64,000 nucleotides of DNA from Planctomycetota bacterium (GTDB lineage: Bacteria > Planctomycetota > B15-G4). A program made the position numbers and the translations under genes. Positions within the stretch are counted from its first letter, which is position 1, and every line of letters begins with the position of its first letter. The stretch is taken from assembly GCA_052387675.1 (NCBI GenBank), contig JBQTIY010000007.1, forward strand, positions 68,691 to 132,690, written 5' to 3'. Below, one piece after another: positions 26,560 through 35,678 of the stretch. The notes beneath the pieces are model-generated. The model saw only the letters and a program-made list of their open reading frames with translations, was not told the DNA's origin and ran no database searches.

Positions 26560-27333
26560 CTACATCGGCCCCGAGATGCCTCCGTCCTTGCGGACGCGCC
26601 AGAAGTGCACCGCCATGAGCAGGCCGGCGATGAGCGGCACCGCCACGCAGTGCAGCACGTAGAAACGCAGCAGTGCGCCGGCGCCCACGAAACGCCCGGC
26701 CAAGAGGCCGAAGCGCACGTCGCTGCCCGGCGTGACCAGGCTCACGTCGCCCACCACCAGCAGGCTGGCGCCCGGGCCCTCATGCCCCAGGAAGGGCGAG
26801 GCGCGCGCCATGTTGCTGCCGACCGTGATGGCCCAGATGGCGAGCTGGTCCCAGGGCAAGAGGTAGCCCGTGAAGGAGAGCAGCATGGTGAGCAGCAGCA
26901 GGATGACGCCGATGTTCCAGTTGAACTCGCGCGGCGGCTTGTAGCTGCCGGTCAGGAACACGCGCAGCATGTGCAGCCACACCGCCAGCACCATCATGTG
27001 CGCGCCCCAGCGATGCAGCTCGCGCATGATGCCCAGCGGCACGTGTTCGCGCAGCGCGATGATGTCGTTGTAGGCGTACTCGATCGTCGGGCGGTAATAG
27101 AACATCAGCAGCACGCCCGTGATCGTCTCGAGCAGGAACAGGAAGAAGGTGATGCCGCCCATGCACCACGTGAAAGACAGCTTGATGCCGGACTTGCGCG
27201 CCTTTACCGGGTGCAAGTGCAGGAACACGTTGCTCAGCGCCGCCAGCGCGCGGTTGCGCGGCGTGTTGGGGTAGCCGTGCCTGAAGATCGACCTCCAGAC
27301 CTGCGTCTCCGCGATCTTCTGCATTAGCCCCAA
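26560..27333 (-). CDS. Cytochrome b N-terminal subunit (b6-like)
   Basis: The protein has a cytochrome b6/N-terminal cytochrome b layout, with conserved His-bearing helices ([34 protein letters not shown]). Confidence 0.9.
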   Translation of the reverse strand: MGLMQKIAETQVWRSIFRHGYPNTPRNRALAALSNVFLHLHPVKARKSGIKLSFTWCMGGITFFLFLLETITGVLLMFYYRPTIEYAYNDIIALREHVPLGIMRELHRWGAHMMVLAVWLHMLRVFLTGSYKPPREFNWNIGVILLLLTMLLSFTGYLLPWDQLAIWAITVGSNMARASPFLGHEGPGASLLVVGDVSLVTPGSDVRFGLLAGRFVGAGALLRFYVLHCVAVPLIAGLLMAVHFWRVRKDGGISGPM

Positions 27334-27370
27334 GCGAAAATCCTCCGGCCCGTCTTGCGGTGCGCCACGC

Positions 27371-27958
27371 TCATGCCTTCAGGAACGCCTCGGTGGCGCC
27401 CCACTGTCCCTTCTCCCACTGGTACTTCTGGCTCTTGTCCACCAGGATCTGGCCGTCGTCGGCGCGCACGATGCGGAAGCGCTCGAGCGGACGCGGCGCG
27501 GGACCTTCGAAGTTCATGCCGCTCATGCGGAAGCCGCTGCCGTGACAGGGGCACTTGAACTTCTGATCCGCGGCCAGCCAGTTGGGGATGCAGCCCAGGT
27601 GCGTGCAGGTGGTGGAGAGTGCAAAGAGCCCCTCGACACCCGAGCGCTCGCTCAGCGGATCGGTGGGCGTGCGCACGATCCAAGTGGCCATCGTTTCCTT
27701 GAAGCGCTCATCCACGCCCACGCCGAACTCGCTCGGCAGCCCGGCCTTGAAGCTTGTCGGCGGCTCGAAGAGCACGTTGGGGAACAGGAAGCGCACGATG
27801 CCGATGAGGCCCGCGCCCGCGCCGAGCGAAAAGATGGCCCAGCCCGTGGCCACGGAGCCGAGGAAGCCGCGCCGCGTGACTCCGCCTTGCGCGCCATTGG
27901 CGCCGCGCTGCGGATTCTGCGTCGTCATCTGTCGCTGAGATGCTTCGGTCGTAGCCAT
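27371..27958 (-). CDS. Rieske [2Fe-2S] subunit with Tat signal
   Basis: A twin-arginine signal (TRRGFLGSV) is present. The Rieske boxes are CTHLGC and CPCHGS. Confidence 0.95.
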   Translation of the reverse strand: MATTEASQRQMTTQNPQRGANGAQGGVTRRGFLGSVATGWAIFSLGAGAGLIGIVRFLFPNVLFEPPTSFKAGLPSEFGVGVDERFKETMATWIVRTPTDPLSERSGVEGLFALSTTCTHLGCIPNWLAADQKFKCPCHGSGFRMSGMNFEGPAPRPLERFRIVRADDGQILVDKSQKYQWEKGQWGATEAFLKA

Positions 27959-27961
27959 CGC

Positions 27962-28924
27962 TCAGTGCGTCTCCTCGGCAGCACCCAAATCGTGCAGCGC
28001 GTTGATCGCGGCGGATCTTACCTTCACAGACGAGTCGTTCGCGCGCAAGCTTTGGAGCTGGGGCACGAGGTCGGTGGCGCGCGCGGTGACCGTCGCGCGG
28101 CAGGCATTCACCAGGAACTGCTCGATGACCCCCTCGCGCGCGGCCATCCGGCTGGCCTCGTCGCGCTGGCCTCCCTCCGGGCCGTCGAGGGCGGCGTCCT
28201 GGGCGTAACTGCCGCGGTCGAGCAGCGCCGGCAGCCAGGGCAGGGCGCGCGGATCGCCCGCATTCGCCAGCGCCAGGACGGCATTGCGGTGCATGAGCGT
28301 GTCGGCGCCGCCCAGCAGGCCGGCGATCGCCTCCAGCGAGGCCGCATCGCCGATGCGCGCCAGCGCGCCGAGGGCCACCCAGCGCTCGTCGGACACCTCA
28401 CTGGCCAAGTGCTGGATCAAGGCCGGGACGGCGGCCGGATCTTCCATCTGCGCCAGCGCGAAGAGCGCGGCCATCCGCACCGAGCCTTCTTCGTCGGCGA
28501 GCGCGCCCAGGGCCAGACTGGTGAGCTCGGGCGCGCGCTTCCACTGCAGGACTTCCAGCAGGAATTGCCGCATCTCCGGGCTCTCGCTGCGGAAGCGGGC
28601 ATAGAGCGCCGCGAGATCGGAGCTTGGCACCTCGTCGAGCGTGAGAGTGCCGCGGCGCAGGCCGTCCGCCAGGCTGTGCAGGCTCTGCCAGCGAGCGTGT
28701 TCGCCCGGCGCGGCGCTGACTTCCGCAAGCAAGTGCGCTGCGTCGCCGGCACCGCTGCCCACCAGCGCCCGCAGTCCCAGGTAGGCCACCGTGAGCGTGA
28801 CCACCAGGATGAACGGGAAGACAAAGAACTGAGGCAGCGCCGAGAGAAAACTGCCCGGCACCTGCGGCACGGGCTCCTCATCGAGAGGAGCGACGCTCTG
28901 GATCGGCTCAGCCAAGTTCGGCAA
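27962..28924 (-). CDS. HEAT/PBS-lyase-like repeat protein with N-terminal TM helix
   Basis: HEAT-like repeats recur along the protein (VRMAALFALAQMEDPAAVPALIQHL; RWVALGALARIGDAASLEAI; RNAVLALANAGDPRALPWL; VRSAAINALHDLG). The gene ends 3 nt before the Rieske start. The start is uncertain, either TTG 28924 or 28915; the listed ORF start at 29353 is an over-extension. Confidence 0.65.
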   Translation of the reverse strand: MPNLAEPIQSVAPLDEEPVPQVPGSFLSALPQFFVFPFILVVTLTVAYLGLRALVGSGAGDAAHLLAEVSAAPGEHARWQSLHSLADGLRRGTLTLDEVPSSDLAALYARFRSESPEMRQFLLEVLQWKRAPELTSLALGALADEEGSVRMAALFALAQMEDPAAVPALIQHLASEVSDERWVALGALARIGDAASLEAIAGLLGGADTLMHRNAVLALANAGDPRALPWLPALLDRGSYAQDAALDGPEGGQRDEASRMAAREGVIEQFLVNACRATVTARATDLVPQLQSLRANDSSVKVRSAAINALHDLGAAEETH

Positions 28925-28996
28925 CTTTCGGAGGGCGGGCGGACTCGCCGGCCAGCATAGGAAACCAGGGGTCCGAGGCGATACCCTCGGAGCGGC

Positions 28997-30751
28997 ATGC
29001 TGCTGACCCTTCCCGCGCCGATTTCTGCGGCGATCGACAGCGCGGCGGGCGACGGCAGCCTCCCGGAAGCGCTGCTTCGGCTCACCGCCTGGCTCGAGTC
29101 GGCCCCGGCCGCCGGCAAGGCCACCGCGCTGGCCGTGGCCACCTTCGTCAGCGAAGACCTGACCACGATCCTGGCCGGGCTGCTCGTGGCGCGCGACGAA
29201 CTCTCGCTCACCACAGCCTTGGTGGGTTGCACGGCCGGCATCTGGATCGGCGACGGCCTGCTCTGGCTCGTGGGCCGCACCTTGGGGCAGCGCGCCCTGA
29301 AGCTGCCGATTCTGCGGCGCATGATTCAGCCCTGGCAGCTCACGCGCGCCCAACGCTGGTTCAAGGAGCGCGGGCTGCGCATCGTGCTGGTGAGCCGCTT
29401 CCTGCCGGGCAGCCGCTTGCCGGTCTTCTTCGCCGCCGGCGTGCTCGGCGCGCAGGCGGGCTGGTTTCTGGGCTGGGCCCTGCTCGCCGCCCTGCTCTGG
29501 ACGCCGCTCTTGGTGGGCCTGGCGATGGTGGCGGCCCCTCAGATCGAGGCCCTGGTCTCACGACTCGGCGAGCTTCAAGGATTTTGGAAGTTCCTGCCGC
29601 CGCTGCTCAGCCTGCTGGCGCTGGTGGCTGTGCTGCAACTCCTGGAGTTGGCCACGAGCTGGCGCGCGCGCCGTCGCCTCCGGGCGCGCTGGATCCGCCG
29701 GCTGCACTGGGAATTCTGGCCGCCGTGGCTCATCTACGCGCCGGCGGTGCTGTGGTACCTCGTGCTGGCCATCCGGCACCGCAGCCTCACGCTCCCCACC
29801 GTCGCCAACCCCGGCATCGACGGCGGCGGCTTCATCGGCGAGAGCAAGGCCGAGATCCTAGAGCGACTCGTCGCCGGGCGGCCGGAGGCCCAGACCCTCG
29901 TGGCGCGCACCTTGCTGCTCCCGGCAGGCGATGGCGCCCGCTGGACGGCCCTCGCGGCCTGGCTAGCGAGCGAGAAGCTGAGCTTCCCCATCATTCTCAA
30001 ACCGGATGTCGGCCAGCGCGGCAGCGGCGTGCGCAAAGTTCAGAGCGAGGCCGAGGCGCGCGAGTACCTGAGCGCGGTGCCGCTGGCCCTGGTGGCGCAG
30101 GAATACGCAGAAGGCCCGCACGAACTGGGGGTTTTCTGGTATCGGGCGCCCGGAGAGGCACGCGGCCGCATCCTCTCCGTGACGGAAAAGTTCTTCCCGG
30201 AGGTTGTGGGCGACGGCAGCCACACTCTGGAGGACCTCATCCTGCTGCACCCGCGCGCCATGATCATGGCCGACACCTTCTACCGGCGGCACTCCGAGCG
30301 GCTGGACTGGGTGCCGGGGATCGGAGCCACCTTTCCACTGGTGACTTCCGGCAACCACTGCCAGGGCACGCTCTTCCGCAATGGCGGGCGCCTGGCTTCA
30401 GAGGCCCTGCTGGCCAGCCTCGACACGCTGGCCGATGCCTACCCGGGCCTCTGCGTGGGCCGCTTTGACCTGCGGGCGCCCGAGTTGGGGGCCGTGACCG
30501 AGGGCCGGGGCTTCAAGATCGTGGAGGTAAACGGCGCAACTGCTGAAGCCACACATATTTACGACCCAGCCTATGGTCCGTTGCGCGGCCCCTTTGTGGC
30601 TTGGCGCTCGCTCCTGAACCAGTGGTCATTGGTCTTCCGGATTGGGGCGGCCAACCGGCGTGCCGGGCACCGGCCTTTGGGCCCTCGGGCCCTGATCGGG
30701 CGCATCCTGGCCTTCCGCCGGCAGGCTCGGCACCACCCCCTGGCGAGCTGA
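28997..30751 (+). CDS. DedA/VTT membrane domain fused to an ATP-grasp ligase domain
   Basis: The N-terminal ~190 aa are DedA-like (VSEDLTTILAGLL...WFKERGLRIVLVSRFLPGSRLPVFFAAG). Extra TM helices follow, and then an ATP-grasp-like domain (FPIILKPDVGQRGSGVRKV...LVAQEY...FKIVEVNG). Confidence 0.72.
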   Translation: MLLTLPAPISAAIDSAAGDGSLPEALLRLTAWLESAPAAGKATALAVATFVSEDLTTILAGLLVARDELSLTTALVGCTAGIWIGDGLLWLVGRTLGQRALKLPILRRMIQPWQLTRAQRWFKERGLRIVLVSRFLPGSRLPVFFAAGVLGAQAGWFLGWALLAALLWTPLLVGLAMVAAPQIEALVSRLGELQGFWKFLPPLLSLLALVAVLQLLELATSWRARRRLRARWIRRLHWEFWPPWLIYAPAVLWYLVLAIRHRSLTLPTVANPGIDGGGFIGESKAEILERLVAGRPEAQTLVARTLLLPAGDGARWTALAAWLASEKLSFPIILKPDVGQRGSGVRKVQSEAEAREYLSAVPLALVAQEYAEGPHELGVFWYRAPGEARGRILSVTEKFFPEVVGDGSHTLEDLILLHPRAMIMADTFYRRHSERLDWVPGIGATFPLVTSGNHCQGTLFRNGGRLASEALLASLDTLADAYPGLCVGRFDLRAPELGAVTEGRGFKIVEVNGATAEATHIYDPAYGPLRGPFVAWRSLLNQWSLVFRIGAANRRAGHRPLGPRALIGRILAFRRQARHHPLAS

Positions 30752-30884
30752 ATTGGCGAACTCATCGCTCTCTGGCGAGTGCAAGGTCAAGCTTTCACCG
30801 ACTCCGGCCCGTTGCTACCCTCGCCGCCTTCCGCCGGGTGGACCGGCGGGTGTCCCTGGTCGTACCCCCGCTTCAGGAGTCCCA

Positions 30885-31199
30885 ATGTTTAAGAAGATCG
30901 GTCTCGTTCTCGCCGCGGCTTGCCTGGCCGGCTGCGCCTCCGCATGGCCCAACCAGCCCCTGCCCGGCTTCCTCTTCAGCGACGTCACCGGCCCGAACAC
31001 GGCCACCGGCGAGTCGGTCGGCAGCAAGTCCGGCATGGCCGAGTGCATCTCGGTCCTCGGCTGGGTGTGCACCGGCGACGCCAGCATGAACGCTGCGGCC
31101 AAGGCCGGCGGCGTCAAGACGATCAGCCACGTCGACACGAAGACCTTCTCGGTCCTCGGCATCTTCGCGCGCGATCAGACCATCGTCTACGGAAGCTGA
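30885..31199 (+). CDS. TRL-like family lipoprotein
   Basis: The lipobox is LAGC. The stretch GMAECISVLGWVCTGDASMNAAAKAGGVKTISHVD...SVLGIFARDQTIVYG matches the TRL-like protein pattern as I recall it. Confidence 0.7.
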   Translation: MFKKIGLVLAAACLAGCASAWPNQPLPGFLFSDVTGPNTATGESVGSKSGMAECISVLGWVCTGDASMNAAAKAGGVKTISHVDTKTFSVLGIFARDQTIVYGS

Positions 31200-31325
31200 T
31201 TCCGTTTCGGTGAGCAGCGCCCCCGGCGGGTTTCCGCCGGGGGCGCTGTCGTTTCCAGAGGCGTCACGCGTGCGCCGTGAAGCTCGGCGCGGACGGAGCC
31301 CTCCCGCCTTGCTACGCTCGCCCCT

Positions 31326-32246
31326 ATGACGTCCCCGGCGCTGGCCATCGAGGATCTGAACAAGTCCTATGGCGCGACTCGCGCCGTGCAGGGTGTCTCG
31401 CTCACCGTGCAGCGAGGCGATATCTACGGCTTGCTCGGCCCCAACGGCTCCGGCAAAACCACGACGCTGCAATGCGCGCTGGGCCTGCTGACCCCCGATA
31501 GCGGCCGGCTCACCGTGCTGGGCCAGCCTTCCTCGGCCATCCATCGCACGCTCGGCAAAGTGGGCGTGGTCTTCGACGCGCCCACGCTCGTCGATGGCTT
31601 GAGCTGCCGCCAGAATCTCGCCTATGCGCGCCGCTTGCTCGGCCACGCCGGCGGGCGCGGCGATGACGAGGCCCTGCGCCTCACCGGCATCGAAGCCTTG
31701 GCCAACCGGCGCGCCGGCCGGCTCTCGCTCGGACAGCGCCGGCGCCTCTCCATTGCCCGCGCGCTCATCGGCCAGCCGGAGTTTCTCGTCCTGGACGAGC
31801 CGCTGTCGGGCCTCGACACCGTGGGCGTGCGCGCGATGCTCGAGCTGTTCCGTTCGCTTCATCGGCAGGGGCTCACGCTGCTCATCTCCAGTCACCGGCT
31901 GCACGAGATGGAGACCATCGTGAATCGCGTCGCCATCCTCATGGCGGGCAAGCGGCTGCGCGAGGCCTCGCTCGACGAGTTGCTGCAGGGCGGCTCGGTG
32001 CGGCTGCGGGTGCGCGCCGCGCCGGCCGATCAGGCCGCGCGCGTGCTGGCCGGCCTGCCCGGCCTGAAGAGCGTGGAGCGGCGCACCGACGACGAGTTCT
32101 TGGTGCTGGTCGGCGAAGTGCCGCCCGCGCATGTGAACCGCGCGCTCATCCAGGCCGGCTGTGCCGTCTCGGCCCTGGTGCCGGAGCGCATCACCTTGCA
32201 GTCGGCCTTCGAGGATCTCGTGGATCCCGCGGCGGTGCCGGCATGA
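31326..32246 (+). CDS. ABC transporter ATP-binding protein
   Basis: It has Walker A (GPNGSGKTT), the ABC signature (LSLGQRRRL) and Walker B (FLVLDEP). Confidence 0.95.
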   Translation: MTSPALAIEDLNKSYGATRAVQGVSLTVQRGDIYGLLGPNGSGKTTTLQCALGLLTPDSGRLTVLGQPSSAIHRTLGKVGVVFDAPTLVDGLSCRQNLAYARRLLGHAGGRGDDEALRLTGIEALANRRAGRLSLGQRRRLSIARALIGQPEFLVLDEPLSGLDTVGVRAMLELFRSLHRQGLTLLISSHRLHEMETIVNRVAILMAGKRLREASLDELLQGGSVRLRVRAAPADQAARVLAGLPGLKSVERRTDDEFLVLVGEVPPAHVNRALIQAGCAVSALVPERITLQSAFEDLVDPAAVPA

Positions 32247-33112
32247 GCGGCGGCCTGCGTGTCTTCCGCACCGAGTGGTATCGCCTGACGCACGGCCGCG
32301 TCGCCGCCGGCGCCGCGCTCTTCCTCGCCGCCGTCTCGGCGCTGCGCGTCTACGCCGCGTATTTGGCCGACCAAGCCCGCTACGCCGACACGGTGCGCCG
32401 CGCCCTTTCGCAGGGGCGCGAGGTGCCAGCGCTGCCCGGCCCCGGCAATGCCTGGGAACCCTTCGTGGACGGCTTCGGCACGGGACTCACCGTGGGCACT
32501 CTGCTCCTGCTCATCGCCAGTGCGCGAGCTGTGGCCGGCGATCGCGAGAATGGCCTGCTCCGCGTGGCGCGCACGCGCAGCGCCTCGCGCTCCGGACTCG
32601 TCGTCGGACGCGCACTGCAGGGCCTCGTGCTCGTCCTCGCCACCATGACGGTCACTGGACTGGCGAGTTGGGGCGCTGCGTCGGCACTCTACGACTTCGG
32701 ACCGGTCATCGAGGACAACTACGAACTCGTAGCCAGCGAGGAGCTGCACCTGCAGTTCCGCATCGCGCTGCTGGCCACGCTCGCGCCGCTGCTCGGCACC
32801 TGGGCCTGGGGCCTGGCCGTCTCCGCCGCGGTGCGCACCGGCACCGGCGCCGTCTCGGCCGCGCTCGCCAGCTACTTGGCTTTCGATCTCTTCAAGGGCG
32901 TGCTCGGCGAAAGCAAGTACTGGGTTTTCGCGGCCTTCAATCCGTCCTTCGTGGACGATTCTTTTCTCAAGCAGCTCTCAGGCATCGCGCGCGGCCTCTC
33001 CGATGCCGGATACTCGGAAGCTCTGCTTCGGCAGAACCTGCTCTTGCCCTGGCCGCAGACCGCTCTGCTGCTCGTGCTGGCGGGATGGATTACCTCGCGG
33101 AGGGCGCTGTGA
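32243..33112 (+). CDS. ABC-2-type transporter permease
   Basis: ATGA overlap with the ATPase gene. The protein has about 6 TM helices, and its size and topology are typical of ABC-2 permeases. Confidence 0.75.
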   Translation: MSGGLRVFRTEWYRLTHGRVAAGAALFLAAVSALRVYAAYLADQARYADTVRRALSQGREVPALPGPGNAWEPFVDGFGTGLTVGTLLLLIASARAVAGDRENGLLRVARTRSASRSGLVVGRALQGLVLVLATMTVTGLASWGAASALYDFGPVIEDNYELVASEELHLQFRIALLATLAPLLGTWAWGLAVSAAVRTGTGAVSAALASYLAFDLFKGVLGESKYWVFAAFNPSFVDDSFLKQLSGIARGLSDAGYSEALLRQNLLLPWPQTALLLVLAGWITSRRAL

Positions 33113-34035
33113 TGTGGCGTGCGTGGCGACTCGCCGCGGGCCTGCTCTTGCCGGCCTGCAGCCTGACTCATGCGCCGCTCGGGCCCGTGCCCGAGCCTCT
33201 GCCGGAGACACTGGCTTGGGAGACAAGCGCCGCAGATGACGGCGCCTTTCTCGGACTCAAGACCGAGGAGAACAGCGTCGGCTCGCTGGATGATCTGCAG
33301 TTCTTGCCGGGCGTGCGCATTGTGCGCGTCGTGGAAAATTCGCCGGCCGCGGCCGCCGGCTTGGCCGCCGGCGACGTCCTGCTGAAGCTGGCCGGGCAAA
33401 CCGTCGACGACCCGGGCACGCTCGACGCGCTCGTGCTGCGCGCGTCTCCGGGATCGCGCGTGGAGCTCTCCGTGCAGCGAGGCGACACGGTCTTCGCGGT
33501 GCCGGTCGTGCTGGCCGCGGCGGAGGCCTCGAGTGCCACGCCCGCCCAAGTGCTCTACCGGCTCGACCCCAAGTTCACGCGCGCCGGCTGGGCCACGCAC
33601 CCCCACGGCGTGGCCCTCGTTTCGCTCGCGGCCGACTCGCCGCTGGCAGACGCCGGCGTGCCGCTGGGCAGCGTCGTGAGCCGAGTGGACGGCCAGCCGG
33701 CGCACTCCGACCGCGGCCTGCTGCGCCTTCTGGCCGGGCGTGGTGCCGGCGCCGAAGTGCGCCTGGACCTGAACACTCCCGACGGCACGCGCCGCGAGCT
33801 GACGCTCTCACTCTACGAGCCGCCCACGCGCCTCACGTCGCTTTCGGTCCCGGTCCTTTTTGCGTACGAGTCCGATGCGGCCGGGATGCGCAGCAGCCTG
33901 AGCGTCGTGGACCTGTGGATCGTGCAGCTCTTTCGGACCACGCGCGACAATGGCGAGCGCCGCTACGTGCTGCTCGAACTCTTCGGCTGGGAAGTCTTCA
34001 CGCTGGGCTTTGGCGTAGGGGAACTGGCCGAGTGA
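33112..34035 (+). CDS. Lipoprotein with two PDZ domains
   Basis: The ATG overlaps the permease TGA by 1 nt. The lipobox is LLLPAC. The two PDZ-like segments are GVRIVRVVENSPAAAAGLAAGDVLLKLAGQTV and GVALVSLAADSPLADAGVPLGSVVSRVDGQP. Confidence 0.78.
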   Translation: MWRAWRLAAGLLLPACSLTHAPLGPVPEPLPETLAWETSAADDGAFLGLKTEENSVGSLDDLQFLPGVRIVRVVENSPAAAAGLAAGDVLLKLAGQTVDDPGTLDALVLRASPGSRVELSVQRGDTVFAVPVVLAAAEASSATPAQVLYRLDPKFTRAGWATHPHGVALVSLAADSPLADAGVPLGSVVSRVDGQPAHSDRGLLRLLAGRGAGAEVRLDLNTPDGTRRELTLSLYEPPTRLTSLSVPVLFAYESDAAGMRSSLSVVDLWIVQLFRTTRDNGERRYVLLELFGWEVFTLGFGVGELAE

Positions 34036-35678
34036 GCATCGGCATCTCCGCACGCGGCGCGCTGTGGGTCTGTTTCGCGGCGCTTGCCGTGCCCGCGCAG
34101 GAGGCGCCAACGTTCACCGCCCTCGACTTGCGCGTGGAGGGCGAGATCCTCGAGCAGCGCTTTCTCGATGTGGACGGGGACGGCCGGCGCGACCTGCTCC
34201 TCGCTGTGCTCGGCGAGCCGGTGAACGGCCAGCGCCGCCGCGAGATCCGGCTGCATCTCATGGGCCAGGACGGTCTGCTCGCCGCGGTGCCCAGCCACAT
34301 GGTGTCCGTGCCCGAAGATGTCGTCGCCTTCGGCGCCGCCGACCTGCGCGAGGAGCCCGGCCGCGAGCTCTTCTTTCTCACGCGCTCCGGCGCGCACAGC
34401 TACTCCACTCAGCGCGAGGGCTTGCGCGACAACATCCGCCGGCTAGCCAGCTTTCACACGCTCTACCAAGTGCCCAGCGCGCGGGCGCTGCCCTTCTGGG
34501 GCTACGTGATTTCACGCCCGGCCGGCCAGCGTGACCTGATCCTGCTGCCGGGCGGCGCCAACCTGGCGCTCTTCGGCCCGACCGTGCTCGACGGCGTGCT
34601 CGCCGTGCCCGCCGCGCTGCCGCCCGCCGCGCCCACTGCCGGGCCCGACTACACCTTGCTCGCCGACTTCGGCGGCGACGACAAGGCCGCGCTCTTCTCG
34701 GTGCGCTCGCCCGGGGCACTGCGCACCGAGGGCCGCGGGCTGCGCATCGCCATCGAGACCGGCGACAGCGGCGGACTCTTTCTGGGCGACGCGCCGGCCG
34801 TCTTCGCGGCCATGCTCCAGTCCAGCTCGCGCTACCGGGCGCCGGCGCTCGTGGACGTGGACGGCGATGGCCGCCTCGATCTCGTGGCCGACCGCAGCGG
34901 CGAACTGGCCATCCATCTGGGCACGGCCGCGGGCCTGCCCACGCAGCCCACGCGCGTCGAGCCGCTGCCGGCAGCACTCACCAAGCCGGACCATGACCTC
35001 CTGATCAACCTGGTGGACTTCGACGCCGATGGCGACGTGGACGTCTACGCCCGCACCAAGCCCGACCGCGACGGCCTGCAGAGCACGGTCTTTCGCTACT
35101 TCTTCTTTCTCAACGACGGCAGCCGGCTGCTGCGCGAGGAGCCCGACGACCTGCGGCAGTTCGAGGGCACCGGCACCGACAGCCAGATCATCGACGTGAA
35201 CGGCGACGGTCTGCCCGATCTCGTCGTGACCAAGTACACGCTGCCGCAGCTCTCCGACTTGGTCACCGGCTTCAAGCTCGAGCGCTCGGCGCTGGTCTTC
35301 TTCGCCGAGCAGCCGGGCCGTTTCGCCAGGAAGCCCTCGTTGCGCGACGACCAGACCTTCACGATCGACTCGCTGCAAGACGCGCTGGTGACGCGGCACA
35401 TGGCCGGCGATCTCTCCGGCGATGGCCTGGCCGATCTCATCGAGGCCGATCTCTCGGGGCACGTCGTCATCCGCCGCACCGAGCGCAAGAGCAAGCTCTT
35501 CGGCGGCGAGGAGTGGCGCCTCGAGAAGGAAGCTTGGAAGCGCTTCGATCTCGGTGCCAATCTGGAGAGTCTCGTTGTTGAGGACGTGAACAGCGACGGA
35601 CTCGTGGACGTGATCAACCCGCGGCCCGGCATGCTGTCGCTCTTGCTCTCGCGACCCGCGCCGAGGAGCCGCCGATGA
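34032..35678 (+). CDS. FG-GAP/VCBS-repeat beta-propeller protein (secreted), paralog 1
   Basis: GTGA overlap with the PDZ gene. It has a signal peptide (SIGISARGALWVCFAALAVPAQE). DxDGDGxxDL calcium-loop motifs recur (DVDGDGRRDL, DVDGDGRLDL, DFDADGDVDV, DVNGDGLPDL, DLSGDGLADL, DVNSDGLVDV). Confidence 0.75.
   Translation: MSIGISARGALWVCFAALAVPAQEAPTFTALDLRVEGEILEQRFLDVDGDGRRDLLLAVLGEPVNGQRRREIRLHLMGQDGLLAAVPSHMVSVPEDVVAFGAADLREEPGRELFFLTRSGAHSYSTQREGLRDNIRRLASFHTLYQVPSARALPFWGYVISRPAGQRDLILLPGGANLALFGPTVLDGVLAVPAALPPAAPTAGPDYTLLADFGGDDKAALFSVRSPGALRTEGRGLRIAIETGDSGGLFLGDAPAVFAAMLQSSSRYRAPALVDVDGDGRLDLVADRSGELAIHLGTAAGLPTQPTRVEPLPAALTKPDHDLLINLVDFDADGDVDVYARTKPDRDGLQSTVFRYFFFLNDGSRLLREEPDDLRQFEGTGTDSQIIDVNGDGLPDLVVTKYTLPQLSDLVTGFKLERSALVFFAEQPGRFARKPSLRDDQTFTIDSLQDALVTRHMAGDLSGDGLADLIEADLSGHVVIRRTERKSKLFGGEEWRLEKEAWKRFDLGANLESLVVEDVNSDGLVDVINPRPGMLSLLLSRPAPRSRR

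Noticed and set aside
25354-27327. A 657-aa plus-strand ORF antisense to the cytochrome b genes. The same applies to 21501-23252, 23289-24467 and 27542-28960, which are antisense to the cytochrome c, Rieske and HEAT genes.
   Set aside because: The opposite strand encodes proteins with diagnostic motifs (CxxCH x8, Rieske boxes, PEWY-like region). These ORFs are charged low-complexity translations typical of high-GC antisense frames.
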